A stretch of 45,443 bases of DNA from Deltaproteobacteria bacterium (GTDB taxonomy: Bacteria > Desulfobacterota > GWC2-55-46): positions 1-45,443 of the forward strand of contig JBBTGV010000052.1 in NCBI GenBank assembly GCA_038041305.1, written 5' to 3'. Positions 1-7,078 of the stretch are shown in pieces; the first letter of the stretch is position 1, and each line of letters starts with the position of its first letter. Position numbers and translations under genes: made by a program. The notes beneath the pieces are model-generated. The model had not been told where the DNA came from, did no database searches, and saw nothing but the letters and a program-made list of their open reading frames with translations.

Positions 1-699
1 CGCCCAGCTATCGAACCTTTCCTTCAAAGCAAAAGAGATTTTCTAAAACTTGGGGCAGAACTGGAAGCTCTCGCCAAGTTAACATCTAAGTGTAAGCCTG
101 TCGCAGACTACAGGAAACGGCTTAAAAGGGCCATTGAGCTATCAAATGGCTTAGTTCTCCATCTGCCTCCTTCAGGAAAGGTAATATCAACACCGAGCGT
201 AAGTACTGATTTATTCCTACCATCAATCCCTGACCTGCCATCCAAATTGATCCCCAATCCACTTGTTGGTTGGAGGAGCAAGCTTGAAGCTTTTACAAAC
301 GAGTATCCTTTTGACAAATCTGTTTTCATCATGGTCAAATATAGAGATAGAAATGAAGCTCTGATAAAGGCTATCAAATCGATACTCTCGAAAAATGGGC
401 ATCATGGAATACTTGCCTCAGATCACAATTTAACAGACGATCTCTACAATCCAATTGCCTGCCTTCTGTGTTGTTCAAAGGGAATCGCCATTTTCGATGA
501 AGCTGAGGCTGATCAAAAATTCAATCCAAATGTCGCCTATGAGCTTGGTATGCTTCATTTACTTGGGCGAGAATGTCTTATCTTAAAACATCAATCATTG
601 CAAAAGCTCCAAACAGACATTATTATGAAGCTCTGTCAGGAATACAATACGGTCAAAGAGGCTCGCTCGTATGCGCAAAATTGGATTGTTCGTTTCTGA
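1..699 (+). CDS. TIR-like / nucleoside-2-deoxyribosyltransferase-like Rossmannoid domain protein, 5' end outside window
   Basis: Frame 1 is open from nt 1 to the TGA at 697-699. The tracked ORF only starts at an internal TTG (247), so the gene is probably truncated by the window edge. The C-terminal ~130 aa read DKSVFIMVKY ... GIAIFDE ... NPNVAYELGMLHLLGRECLILKH. This resembles the NVxxELG plus G(K/R)xxxxL core of PF10137-type bacterial TIR-like (CAP12/Pycsar-effector-like) domains. Assignment is from motif memory only. Confidence 0.45.
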   Translation, partial: RPAIEPFLQSKRDFLKLGAELEALAKLTSKCKPVADYRKRLKRAIELSNGLVLHLPPSGKVISTPSVSTDLFLPSIPDLPSKLIPNPLVGWRSKLEAFTNEYPFDKSVFIMVKYRDRNEALIKAIKSILSKNGHHGILASDHNLTDDLYNPIACLLCCSKGIAIFDEAEADQKFNPNVAYELGMLHLLGRECLILKHQSLQKLQTDIIMKLCQEYNTVKEARSYAQNWIVRF

Positions 700-777
700 A
701 ATTAAGCTGACAAAAGTTTTCTCTCCTTTTATATCATTTCGCTATAATCAACCACAATTCCGTCGTCGGTTTTTTCA

Positions 778-1023
778 TAGTAGATAATCTTTGTCCTTAT
801 GTTTTCGATATGCTCCTTTTTTAGTTTGTACGTCTCGGGTTTTATGGAAACCGGTGTGTCGCCTCGTTATCCCCAGTTCCCTCGCCACGTCGGTCTGAGA
901 ATCGATGAACGGGTATGAAAGGAGCCTTTCATACCTCTTTGCCTCGTGGATCGGGCACTCGCAGGTCTTTGGGGGTCTTACGGCTGGGCTTCCTCTGCCG
1001 GGGTGGAATAACTTTCGTCTGTT
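778..1023 (-). pseudogene. Remnant of a ParB-type HTH gene (paralog of 3297..3749)
   Basis: The minus-strand frame is open 778-1023 between stops but has no usable start. It translates ...VRPPKTCECPIHEAKRYERLLSYPFIDSQTDVARELGITR..., versus ...VRPPKTYECPIHEAKRYERLLNSQADVAKELGITR... in 3297..3749. Homology ends inside the HTH, so the recognition helix and C-terminus are missing. The listed 929..1234 minus ORF is in a different frame. Confidence 0.6.
861..999. repeat. Direct repeat copy A (ParB-HTH gene fragment)
   Basis: Hand alignment of 861-900 with 3428-3467 and of 919-999 with 3471-3551 gives about 109 of 119 identical positions. Copy A carries 18 nt (901-918) where copy B has 3 nt, an in-frame 15-nt difference. 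One run of 39 nt (919-957 vs 3471-3509) is identical. Confidence 0.8.
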
Positions 1024-1088
1024 TTAGTTTTGGAATCGGCAAGTTACAAAAGCAGGGGTAGAAAAGAAACACTATAGGGTATAAGGGT

Positions 1089-1117
1089 TTGTTTGTCCGT
1101 CCCTCTCTTGCTATAAT
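1089..1117 (+). promoter_or_regulatory. Possible sigma70 extended -10 promoter for the lipoprotein/M23 pair
   Basis: TTGTTT (1089-1094), 17-nt spacer, TGcTATAAT (-10 hexamer 1112-1117), about 45 nt upstream of ATG 1164. Sequence pattern only. Confidence 0.3.
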
Positions 1118-1163
1118 CGGAAACGGTTCAAAAGGAACCCAAGATTGGAGTCTGAAGCAGGGC

Positions 1164-2363
1164 ATGAAAAAGATATATAAAAATAGAATCGCTGCGGGAA
1201 TATTTTTTTCTTTCGTGGCTTTTTCTTTTTCCATTTACGGCTGTGCAGCCGGGAAACCGGCTTCTGTAACCACTCCCATAAAAATCAAGGGAGAAAAAGA
1301 GATACTCGTTGCGAGGGATATCGGCGGGGGATTGCCTTTTTCTCTCATTAGGTGGTGTGGAAATAACGCGCTTTTGATCTATGGTGGAGAATTCGGCACG
1401 CAGTGGGTGGACATAAAGGGGAACAAGGCAACTATAAGCACTAACAGCGCCGATTATCCCGTAGACTGCACACCTGACGGGAAATGGGTCTTATATGCGG
1501 ATAGGAATAGTGCGCGGGAATATAGGGATAAGGAGGGTCGCACTCCTGAGAATATCGTTGACGAAGGTCCCGGATGGCACGGGTCTGTGATGGATCTGTA
1601 TCGCTACGAAATAAAAACCGGCACGCGGCAGAAATTCGCGGTGGTGCGTGACGACAGCAGTGCCCTAATATCGCCTGACGGGTCGAAGGTATTGTTTGGA
1701 AACAGACATGATTGGGACATCGAGATGCCGGAGCCGAGATGGGAGCCCATGTGGCTTACTAACGAATGGACCTATTTCAATGCTCGCTGGCTTTCTGATT
1801 CTTCCGGCGTAGTAACGCTGGTATGGAATGCCAACGCCAGCCTCGGTGTGGAAATTTTCGGCAAAAATGGGTGGGCAAAGGAATTCAGTCTGGACATGAT
1901 CAGATCGGATCCGAGGGCCAATGTTTCCCTTGAAGCCGCGGATAAAAATAACGTCCTCCATTTTACGACTGTGGAGGATTATCCGGCAAGTAACCTTTCA
2001 AGGAGAATTTATAACTTCTTTAGTTGCAAGATAAAACAAAAGGATTTGATTTGCGGTTTGAGGGAGGGAATCGAAGAGGAAGAAGGCGATAACATTCTCT
2101 CCATCACGCTCCTGCCCAACGAAGATGTAATCTTCAAGAAAGAGGAGGATAACTGCGTACGCCGTGTAAAGCGCCGCAAGACCGTCGCCGAATGCATAGC
2201 TGATACACGGTATGGAGATGTCGTATATCTTGACATTGATTTGATAGAAATCTCCCCGGACGGGAGGTGGATGGCTTTCAGACGCGGAAAATTACCGCCA
2301 CAGGGCAACAGGTTTTACGCCTATCAATATGACCTATTTGTAATCGAAGTCGGAAACGATTAG
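1164..2363 (+). CDS. Lipoprotein with TolB/PD40-type beta-propeller repeats
   Basis: I chose ATG 1164; the tracked ORF begins at an upstream alternative codon at 1089. MKKIYKNRIAAGIFFSFVAFSFSIYG|C is a signal peptide plus lipobox. PD40-like signatures are TPDGKWVLYADRNS, SPDGSKVLFGNRH and SPDGRWMAFRRGK. Confidence 0.7.
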   Translation: MKKIYKNRIAAGIFFSFVAFSFSIYGCAAGKPASVTTPIKIKGEKEILVARDIGGGLPFSLIRWCGNNALLIYGGEFGTQWVDIKGNKATISTNSADYPVDCTPDGKWVLYADRNSAREYRDKEGRTPENIVDEGPGWHGSVMDLYRYEIKTGTRQKFAVVRDDSSALISPDGSKVLFGNRHDWDIEMPEPRWEPMWLTNEWTYFNARWLSDSSGVVTLVWNANASLGVEIFGKNGWAKEFSLDMIRSDPRANVSLEAADKNNVLHFTTVEDYPASNLSRRIYNFFSCKIKQKDLICGLREGIEEEEGDNILSITLLPNEDVIFKKEEDNCVRRVKRRKTVAECIADTRYGDVVYLDIDLIEISPDGRWMAFRRGKLPPQGNRFYAYQYDLFVIEVGND

Positions 2364-2375
2364 AGGGAGGGATCC

Positions 2376-3122
2376 GTGGGAGGGTTGAAAAGGACGATAG
2401 ATTTGAATTTCATGGAACCTGTTAATTATCCGAAAGGCGATAAATACGGGGACCGTAGCGGAACCCATTACGGAATTGATTACCTCGCCCCGCGCGGAAC
2501 GGCCGTTAAGGCGAGCGAAGACGGCGAGGTTGTAAGGGGGGCATTCAATTCAACTTATGGGCACCTCGTTATCATCAATCATACCCCAATGGCTAAAGAG
2601 AACCAACGGCATATCTACACGCTATACGCTCATCTTTCAGGAACGAACGTGAGCGGCGGGCAAGAGGTTAAGAAAGAAGAAACTATCGGTTATGTCAGCA
2701 ATACCGGTAAAACATACAGCACCACCGGTGGAGACGGGAGCCATCTTCATTTCGAAGTAATAGACACGGGAGAAAAAGGCGGAAAAATGAATTGGGGGAC
2801 ATTAGGCCCAACAAACTACGAAAAGCATGTGAATCGCGTAAATCCGATGAATTACTTTGGTCGTGTCACCACCATAGAATACCATTTGTCCGAAGAAGAG
2901 ATGAGGAAGATCGAGGGTAGTCTCGACATAGACCCCGTCATTGACTTTAAGCGCGGGATTTACCGCTTTGACCTGTATCTTGGTAAAAAGAAGGTCGGTT
3001 ACTTTGATAAGAGCCACAAGGAAGTCAGTGTGAAACTGTCTCCGGAGGAATTGGATGGAATTCTTAGAAATCCTTTTCCGCCAGGAAGGGATTCCAAGAA
3101 GATAGTAGAAATAAAAATCTAA
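2376..3122 (+). CDS. M23 (LytM-type) metallopeptidase without signal peptide
   Basis: HYGIDY (HxxxD) and SHLHFEV (HxH) are the zinc-ligand motifs, with GTAVKASEDGEVV and YAHLS also present. The GTG start lies 12 nt after the lipoprotein stop, behind GAGGGAGGGA. The N-terminus is hydrophilic with no signal peptide or TM segment seen. An unassigned C-terminal extension of about 110 aa follows. Confidence 0.85.
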   Translation: MGGLKRTIDLNFMEPVNYPKGDKYGDRSGTHYGIDYLAPRGTAVKASEDGEVVRGAFNSTYGHLVIINHTPMAKENQRHIYTLYAHLSGTNVSGGQEVKKEETIGYVSNTGKTYSTTGGDGSHLHFEVIDTGEKGGKMNWGTLGPTNYEKHVNRVNPMNYFGRVTTIEYHLSEEEMRKIEGSLDIDPVIDFKRGIYRFDLYLGKKKVGYFDKSHKEVSVKLSPEELDGILRNPFPPGRDSKKIVEIKI

Positions 3123-3296
3123 GCGGTTAAATATCCTAACATCTTAATCTGCTTCTCCCGCTTCCGATAAGGGTTATCGGCCTAAGGCTCCTTTCCGAGA
3201 CGGGTGGTATTTCATTAACCGACAGAGTGGAAAGGATGCGAGAGAAGCGACATTCTCTATCATCCTATTGAACTCCCTCTCCTGCCTTGCCGGTTC

Positions 3297-3749
3297 CTAT
3301 ATCATGAGAAGCGGCCTCAGGCGCCGCTCCGAGAAGTAGCGGATTGCCCTCTGGTCTTTAAGTCCCAAAAGCGTCCTCTGGATTTCATCGGGCAACTTCA
3401 GAAGCCCCATAATCTGGCTTACCCTTGCCCTCGTTATCCCGAGTTCCTTCGCAACGTCGGCCTGAGAGTTAAGGAGCCTTTCATACCTCTTTGCCTCGTG
3501 GATCGGGCATTCGTAGGTCTTTGGGGGTCTTACGGGCGGGTTTCCTATGCCTATGAACCGCTTCCGGTCCCTTTTCCCCTGGTAGATTTCGAACTCCTGC
3601 CACCATGTGCGGCTTTTGCAGTGCATGTCTGGCAACCGGAGCCAGACTTGACGCTCAGGCGAACACACGGCCTGGGCTGTTAACGCCTCATCGCTTGCGG
3701 TGGGGCGTTTTTTATTTAATCCAGCCTTTTTTCGCGAAAGCGACCTCAT
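3297..3749 (-). CDS. Small ParB/KorB-type helix-turn-helix DNA-binding protein (no ParB N-terminal CTPase domain)
   Basis: ADVAKELGITRARVSQIMGLLKLPDEIQRTLLGL...IRYFSERRLRPLL matches the ParB-family HTH pattern (GxSxxxVSxxxxLLxLP). It is homologous to 7113..7589 and to the remnant at 778-1023. The start is uncertain: a strong plus-strand terminator hairpin lies inside codons 12-23, so ATG 3626 (MHCKSR..., 109 aa) is an alternative. Confidence 0.6.
   Translation of the reverse strand: MRSLSRKKAGLNKKRPTASDEALTAQAVCSPERQVWLRLPDMHCKSRTWWQEFEIYQGKRDRKRFIGIGNPPVRPPKTYECPIHEAKRYERLLNSQADVAKELGITRARVSQIMGLLKLPDEIQRTLLGLKDQRAIRYFSERRLRPLLMI
3428..3551. repeat. Direct repeat copy B (inside ParB-HTH gene)
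   Basis: See copy A (861-999). Same orientation; the two copies bracket the lipoprotein-M23 pair. Confidence 0.8.
3682..3716 (+). terminator. Intrinsic-terminator-like hairpin on the plus strand
   Basis: AACGCCTCATCG-CTTG-CGGTGGGGCGTT forms a 12-bp stem (two G-U pairs) with a tetraloop, running into TTTTTTATTT. It has terminator form only when read on the plus strand. It sits 65 nt upstream of the higBA -35 element. Confidence 0.5.
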
Positions 3750-3780
3750 CCCAAAGAGCGCCCCGGTTGCATAACCCTCC

Positions 3781-3817
3781 TTGATTTATATAACATTAGG
3801 TGTTATAGTGTTATAAA
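3781..3817 (+). promoter_or_regulatory. higBA promoter with overlapping palindromic operator; near-leaderless
   Basis: TTGATT (3781-3786), 17 nt, TATAGT (3804-3809), then ATG at 3818 only 8 nt after the -10 hexamer with no Shine-Dalgarno sequence. There is an inverted repeat TATAACA-ttagg-TGTTATA (3789-3807) and a third TGTTATA half-site at 3809-3815. Confidence 0.55.
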
Positions 3818-4099
3818 ATGATTAAATCCTTTGCTGACGGGGAAACCGCCAATCTGTATCTCACGGGTAAAAGCAGAAAGTTTTCTTCGGCTGTTTGCAA
3901 AATAGGAATCAGGAAGCTGGATTATCTGAATGCGGCCGGAGCGCTCATGGATTTAAAGGTTCCGCCAGGCAACAGACTGGAGCAATTAAAAGGCGAGTAT
4001 AAAGGTAAATACAGCATCAGGATAAACGACCAATACAGAATTGTATTCAGATTCGTTGACTGCGACGCTTATGACGTGGAAATAACCGATTACCATTAA
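3818..4099 (+). CDS. higB: HigB-type (RelE/ParE superfamily) toxin, plasmid maintenance system killer protein
   Basis: 93 aa. The C-terminal YSIRINDQYRIVFRF...VEITDYH is typical of the HigB killer family. It lies immediately upstream of a HigA-type antitoxin in toxin-first order. Confidence 0.85.
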   Translation: MIKSFADGETANLYLTGKSRKFSSAVCKIGIRKLDYLNAAGALMDLKVPPGNRLEQLKGEYKGKYSIRINDQYRIVFRFVDCDAYDVEITDYH

Positions 4100-4111
4100 C
4101 GAGGAGACAAT

Positions 4112-4426
4112 ATGCATAACCTTAAAAGAGAGCCGACACACCCGGGGAAAATCTTGAATGAGGATTTTCTCAAGCCTTTAGGGCTATCCCAAAGCGCTCT
4201 TGCAAAAGAGATCAGCACGACCTTCAGGACTGTAAACGAGGTGGTAAACGAAAAAAGGAATATCAGCCCGGAGATGGCGATTAAACTATCGAGATATTTC
4301 GGGACATCCGTTGAGCTGTGGCTGAATCTTCAAAATCAATACGACGTCTACAGGATACGCATTAGAAAACCAGAGATGCTTGAACGCATAAAACCATACG
4401 CCAAATCGCACAAGAAAGTGGCGTGA
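4112..4426 (+). CDS. higA: HigA-family antitoxin (Xre-type HTH)
   Basis: HPGKILNEDFLKPLGLSQSALAKEISTTFRTVNEVVNEKRNISPEMAIKLSRYFGTSVELWLNLQNQYD is the canonical HigA antidote signature. A GAGGAG Shine-Dalgarno sequence is present and the start is 12 nt after the higB stop. Confidence 0.9.
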   Translation: MHNLKREPTHPGKILNEDFLKPLGLSQSALAKEISTTFRTVNEVVNEKRNISPEMAIKLSRYFGTSVELWLNLQNQYDVYRIRIRKPEMLERIKPYAKSHKKVA

Positions 4427-4607
4427 GGGGCGCGTTGCCGGAAGGAAGTAAAGGTGGGCCGTGCCCACCCTACGTGACTACTCATATTCATGCGGTTGTT
4501 GTTCCCCAAGCCGCCAATCGGGACAACTGGGAGAGGATGCTGATTCAACACCTTCAACCACCCATGAATCAGCAGTTCCGGTAAAGACCTTGTGAAAGGA
4601 ACGTTTA

Positions 4608-5360
4608 GTGTCTTTTTCCTCTAAAATAGAGTGGACTGAGGCAACATGGAACCCGATGACCGGATGTTCGAAGGTCAGCGATGGTTGCAGGAATTGCTAT
4701 GCCGAACGCCTCGCAAGGCGTTTAAAGGCAATGGGCAATCCTCGATATGAGAATGGTTTTGAGATTACTCTCCATCACGACCTTGTAGAAATGCCTCTGA
4801 GCTGGAAGACCCCGCGTATCATTTTCGTCAATTCCATGAGTGACCTGTTTCATGAAAGAGTGCCAGTATCGTTTATTAAGAGAGTCTTCGATGTCATGAC
4901 GAAAGCAGACTGGCATGTATTCCAGATTCTTACAAAACGCTCAAAAAGAATGGCTGAGATAGCTTTAAAGCTTTCTTGGCCTGAAAATGTCTGGATGGGC
5001 GTCACAGTCGAATCTCAGAAATATTGCCATCGCATTTCAGACCTTGAAAAAGTCCCTGCTCATGTGAGATTTCTCTCGATTGAACCGATGTTGTCCCCAA
5101 TCTCTCAACTTTCACTAAAAAATATCGACTGGGTTGTCGTGGGTGGAGAGTCCGGGCCCGGATGTAGAGCCATGAAAGCAGAATGGGCCCTCTCAATCAG
5201 GGCGGAGTGCAATGCCGCTCATGTGCCCTTCTTTTTCAAACAGTGGGGTGGTGTACGGAAAAAAAACAATGGAAGGCTCCTCGACGGCAAGACGTGGGAC
5301 GAGATGCCGGAAGCGCTGTCTTTAAGGTTAAAAGTATGTCCAAGTCTTTTACCTGCATAG
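4608..5360 (+). CDS. DUF5131 / phage Gp37-Gp68 family three-Cys-motif protein
   Basis: The N-terminus [30 protein letters not shown] carries the family hallmark (WNPxxGC...S.GC.NCYA; C-x6-C-x2-C). The start is GTG behind AAAGGA. A TcmP partner follows. Confidence 0.8.
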   Translation: MSFSSKIEWTEATWNPMTGCSKVSDGCRNCYAERLARRLKAMGNPRYENGFEITLHHDLVEMPLSWKTPRIIFVNSMSDLFHERVPVSFIKRVFDVMTKADWHVFQILTKRSKRMAEIALKLSWPENVWMGVTVESQKYCHRISDLEKVPAHVRFLSIEPMLSPISQLSLKNIDWVVVGGESGPGCRAMKAEWALSIRAECNAAHVPFFFKQWGGVRKKNNGRLLDGKTWDEMPEALSLRLKVCPSLLPA

Positions 5361-6253
5361 ATAACAATTGTCCAAGCAAGGACAACGACGATTACAATTG
5401 CGCCCATGCGAGTGGGGGAGATGGTGGGGTCGTCCAATGCGTTGATAAATGGGCTAACGATAAATTTTCCTATTTTGATAGATACCTTGGTGCCACAAGA
5501 AAGGCAAGAGCCAAGTATGTCAAGAATGGAAATGCGGTTTATATTGACCTCTTTTCGGGACCCGGCCAATGCCGCATTAAAAACATACAAGAAGAGATTC
5601 CCGGCGGAGCTCTCAGGGCATCCAAACTACAGGAGGCTCCTTTTAACAGAATTATCCTTAACGACCTATCGGCCAACAACGTCAAGGCTATAAAACAACG
5701 CATTAAGAATGCTGAAGTTCAGAATGGCGATGCGAATACTGTTGTGGATGCTATTGTTAAAGACCTCTTGTCGGCACAATACGACAAGCTACATTTCGTT
5801 TTCCTCGATCCCTTCTCCCCAGCAAATCTGAAGTTTCAAACGATCAAGAGTCTCGCCAGTTTGAAACGGGTAGATATCATGATTAATTTTCCTATTGGGC
5901 CGATACGTCGCAACTATAAAACGTGGCTTAAAAAAGACGGGACGATTCTTGATGAGTTTTTAGGGACGGCGGATTGGCGTCAGGCTGTTCAAGGGGTTTC
6001 GGAATCCGCCTTTTGTAATAATATGATTGATATTTATTACAGTCAGCTTAAGAAGATAGGTTTTCCTGAAGAAGGTCTTGGCATTATAGACGAAAAAGGG
6101 AATAGTTATCTTGGCGCAAACATAGCCGCTGTAAGGAATTCAAAGAATGTCCTCCTTTATTATCTGATACTTGCCTCAAAGCATAAGCTCGCCGCTAACA
6201 TTTGGCAGAGCATACTTAAAACTGATCCGAGTGGGCAGAAATATTTTTTTTAA
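5336..6253 (+). CDS. tcmP: Three-Cys-motif partner protein TcmP (TIGR04474-like), methyltransferase-fold-like
   Basis: I chose ATG 5336 (MSKSFTC...); the tracked start at 5183 lies deep inside the upstream gene. The gene overlaps the DUF5131 stop by 25 nt. [10 protein letters not shown] and VFLDPFSP motifs are present, and the protein sits in the partner position next to a Gp37/Gp68 protein. Confidence 0.7.
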   Translation: MSKSFTCIDNNCPSKDNDDYNCAHASGGDGGVVQCVDKWANDKFSYFDRYLGATRKARAKYVKNGNAVYIDLFSGPGQCRIKNIQEEIPGGALRASKLQEAPFNRIILNDLSANNVKAIKQRIKNAEVQNGDANTVVDAIVKDLLSAQYDKLHFVFLDPFSPANLKFQTIKSLASLKRVDIMINFPIGPIRRNYKTWLKKDGTILDEFLGTADWRQAVQGVSESAFCNNMIDIYYSQLKKIGFPEEGLGIIDEKGNSYLGANIAAVRNSKNVLLYYLILASKHKLAANIWQSILKTDPSGQKYFF

Positions 6254-6258
6254 ATCAA

Positions 6259-6915
6259 ATGAAACGACAGTCGCCTAAATACGACACATCAGGATTCATC
6301 GAGGCCCAGCACGAGCCGGGTTCCCGTGGGCAGGTTCTTAAAAACAAGCTCGGCATCAAAAGCAAACGGGAAATGGAGCGCATCGAATGGGAGGCGCAGA
6401 TAAAGGCCCTGTCCGAGATTGCAGGGAAGTATGGGAAGAAGCACCGATTCACGGCCAAGGACATCTGTAAAATCCATAAGGTCTGGCTCGGCGATATATA
6501 CGAATGGGCGGGCAAGTACCGGCAGGTCAATGTCAGTAAGGGAGACTTCCAGTTTGCGGCATCGGTCTACGTTCCCCGATTAATGGATGACCTCGAGAAA
6601 GGCCCGCTTAAGAAATTCACTCCCTGCAACTTCAAGGCAGTCGAAGAAACCGCGAAGGCCATTGCTACCGTTCATGTGGAGCTTGTGCTTATCCATCCAT
6701 TCAGGGAAGGAAACGGCAGGGTTGCCCGTCTTCTGGCCGACTTAATGGCTATGCAGGCCGATTATCCGCCCCTCGACTATTCGGATTTGGAAAAGGGTCA
6801 ATGGAAGAAATATATTGCGGCAATCCATGCAGGGCTGAGCAGGGACTATGAGCCTATGACGCGGCTTTTTACCGGCCTAATCGAGAAAGCCTCTTCGCTT
6901 CGGAAGGGGAAATAG
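6259..6915 (+). CDS. fic: Fic family protein (AMPylase/NMP-transferase type toxin), class I-like
   Basis: It carries the canonical Fic motif HPFREGNGRVARLL (HxFx[D/E]GNGRxxR). The overall layout is like E. coli Fic (KGDFQFAAS ... motif). I found no internal [S/T]xxxE[G/N] inhibitory motif. The start is 5 nt after the TcmP stop. Confidence 0.9.
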   Translation: MKRQSPKYDTSGFIEAQHEPGSRGQVLKNKLGIKSKREMERIEWEAQIKALSEIAGKYGKKHRFTAKDICKIHKVWLGDIYEWAGKYRQVNVSKGDFQFAASVYVPRLMDDLEKGPLKKFTPCNFKAVEETAKAIATVHVELVLIHPFREGNGRVARLLADLMAMQADYPPLDYSDLEKGQWKKYIAAIHAGLSRDYEPMTRLFTGLIEKASSLRKGK

Positions 6916-7072
6916 CACCGACCCGCTTTTCGTATTCCTCAAGGACATGCGTAGAGGCGATATGAACCCCCTCAACCGAGGTGGAGGACGTGACGGAAGT
7001 GATTATGCGCTCCCATCTTTCCTTAGGGTCTTTGAGGTAAGGATTAGTCTCAAGCAACGATTTATTTCCCAT
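6869..7072 (-). CDS. VbhA/FicA-like Fic-inhibitory antitoxin (67 aa)
   Basis: TSSTSVEGVHIASTHVLEEYEKRVG contains S-x3-E-G, the Fic-inhibitory motif. It resembles the VbhA-family pattern (S..(L/M)EG......... Y..G). The gene is convergent with fic and overlaps its 3' end by 47 nt. A consensus -10 hexamer lies directly upstream. Confidence 0.6.
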   Translation of the reverse strand: MGNKSLLETNPYLKDPKERWERIITSVTSSTSVEGVHIASTHVLEEYEKRVGAISPSEAKRLSRLGR

Positions 7073-7078
7073 ACAAAC

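Noticed and set aside
929-1234. 101-aa minus-strand ORF overlapping the lipoprotein start
   Set aside because: It is in a different frame from the ParB-HTH homology, which sits in the frame open 778-1023. It overlaps the lipoprotein signal-peptide region and promoter. It is probably an artefact created by the gene remnant.
3498-3683. 61-aa plus-strand ORF ending just before the plus-strand terminator hairpin
   Set aside because: It is antisense to the conserved ParB-HTH coding region and is a Pro/Leu/Val-rich mirror translation. If a plus-strand transcript exists here it is more likely non-coding.
4453-4469. GGTGGGC-cgt-GCCCACC hairpin after higA as a terminator
   Set aside because: It is a perfect 7-bp stem but has no T-run on the plus strand. 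I kept it as a note only and do not call it a feature.
5183-5335. Tracked upstream start of the TcmP ORF (5183), giving a 356-aa protein
   Set aside because: The extra 51 codons lie inside the DUF5131 gene and translate to a Cys/Arg/Gln-rich string with no family resemblance. ATG 5336 gives a normal short overlap.
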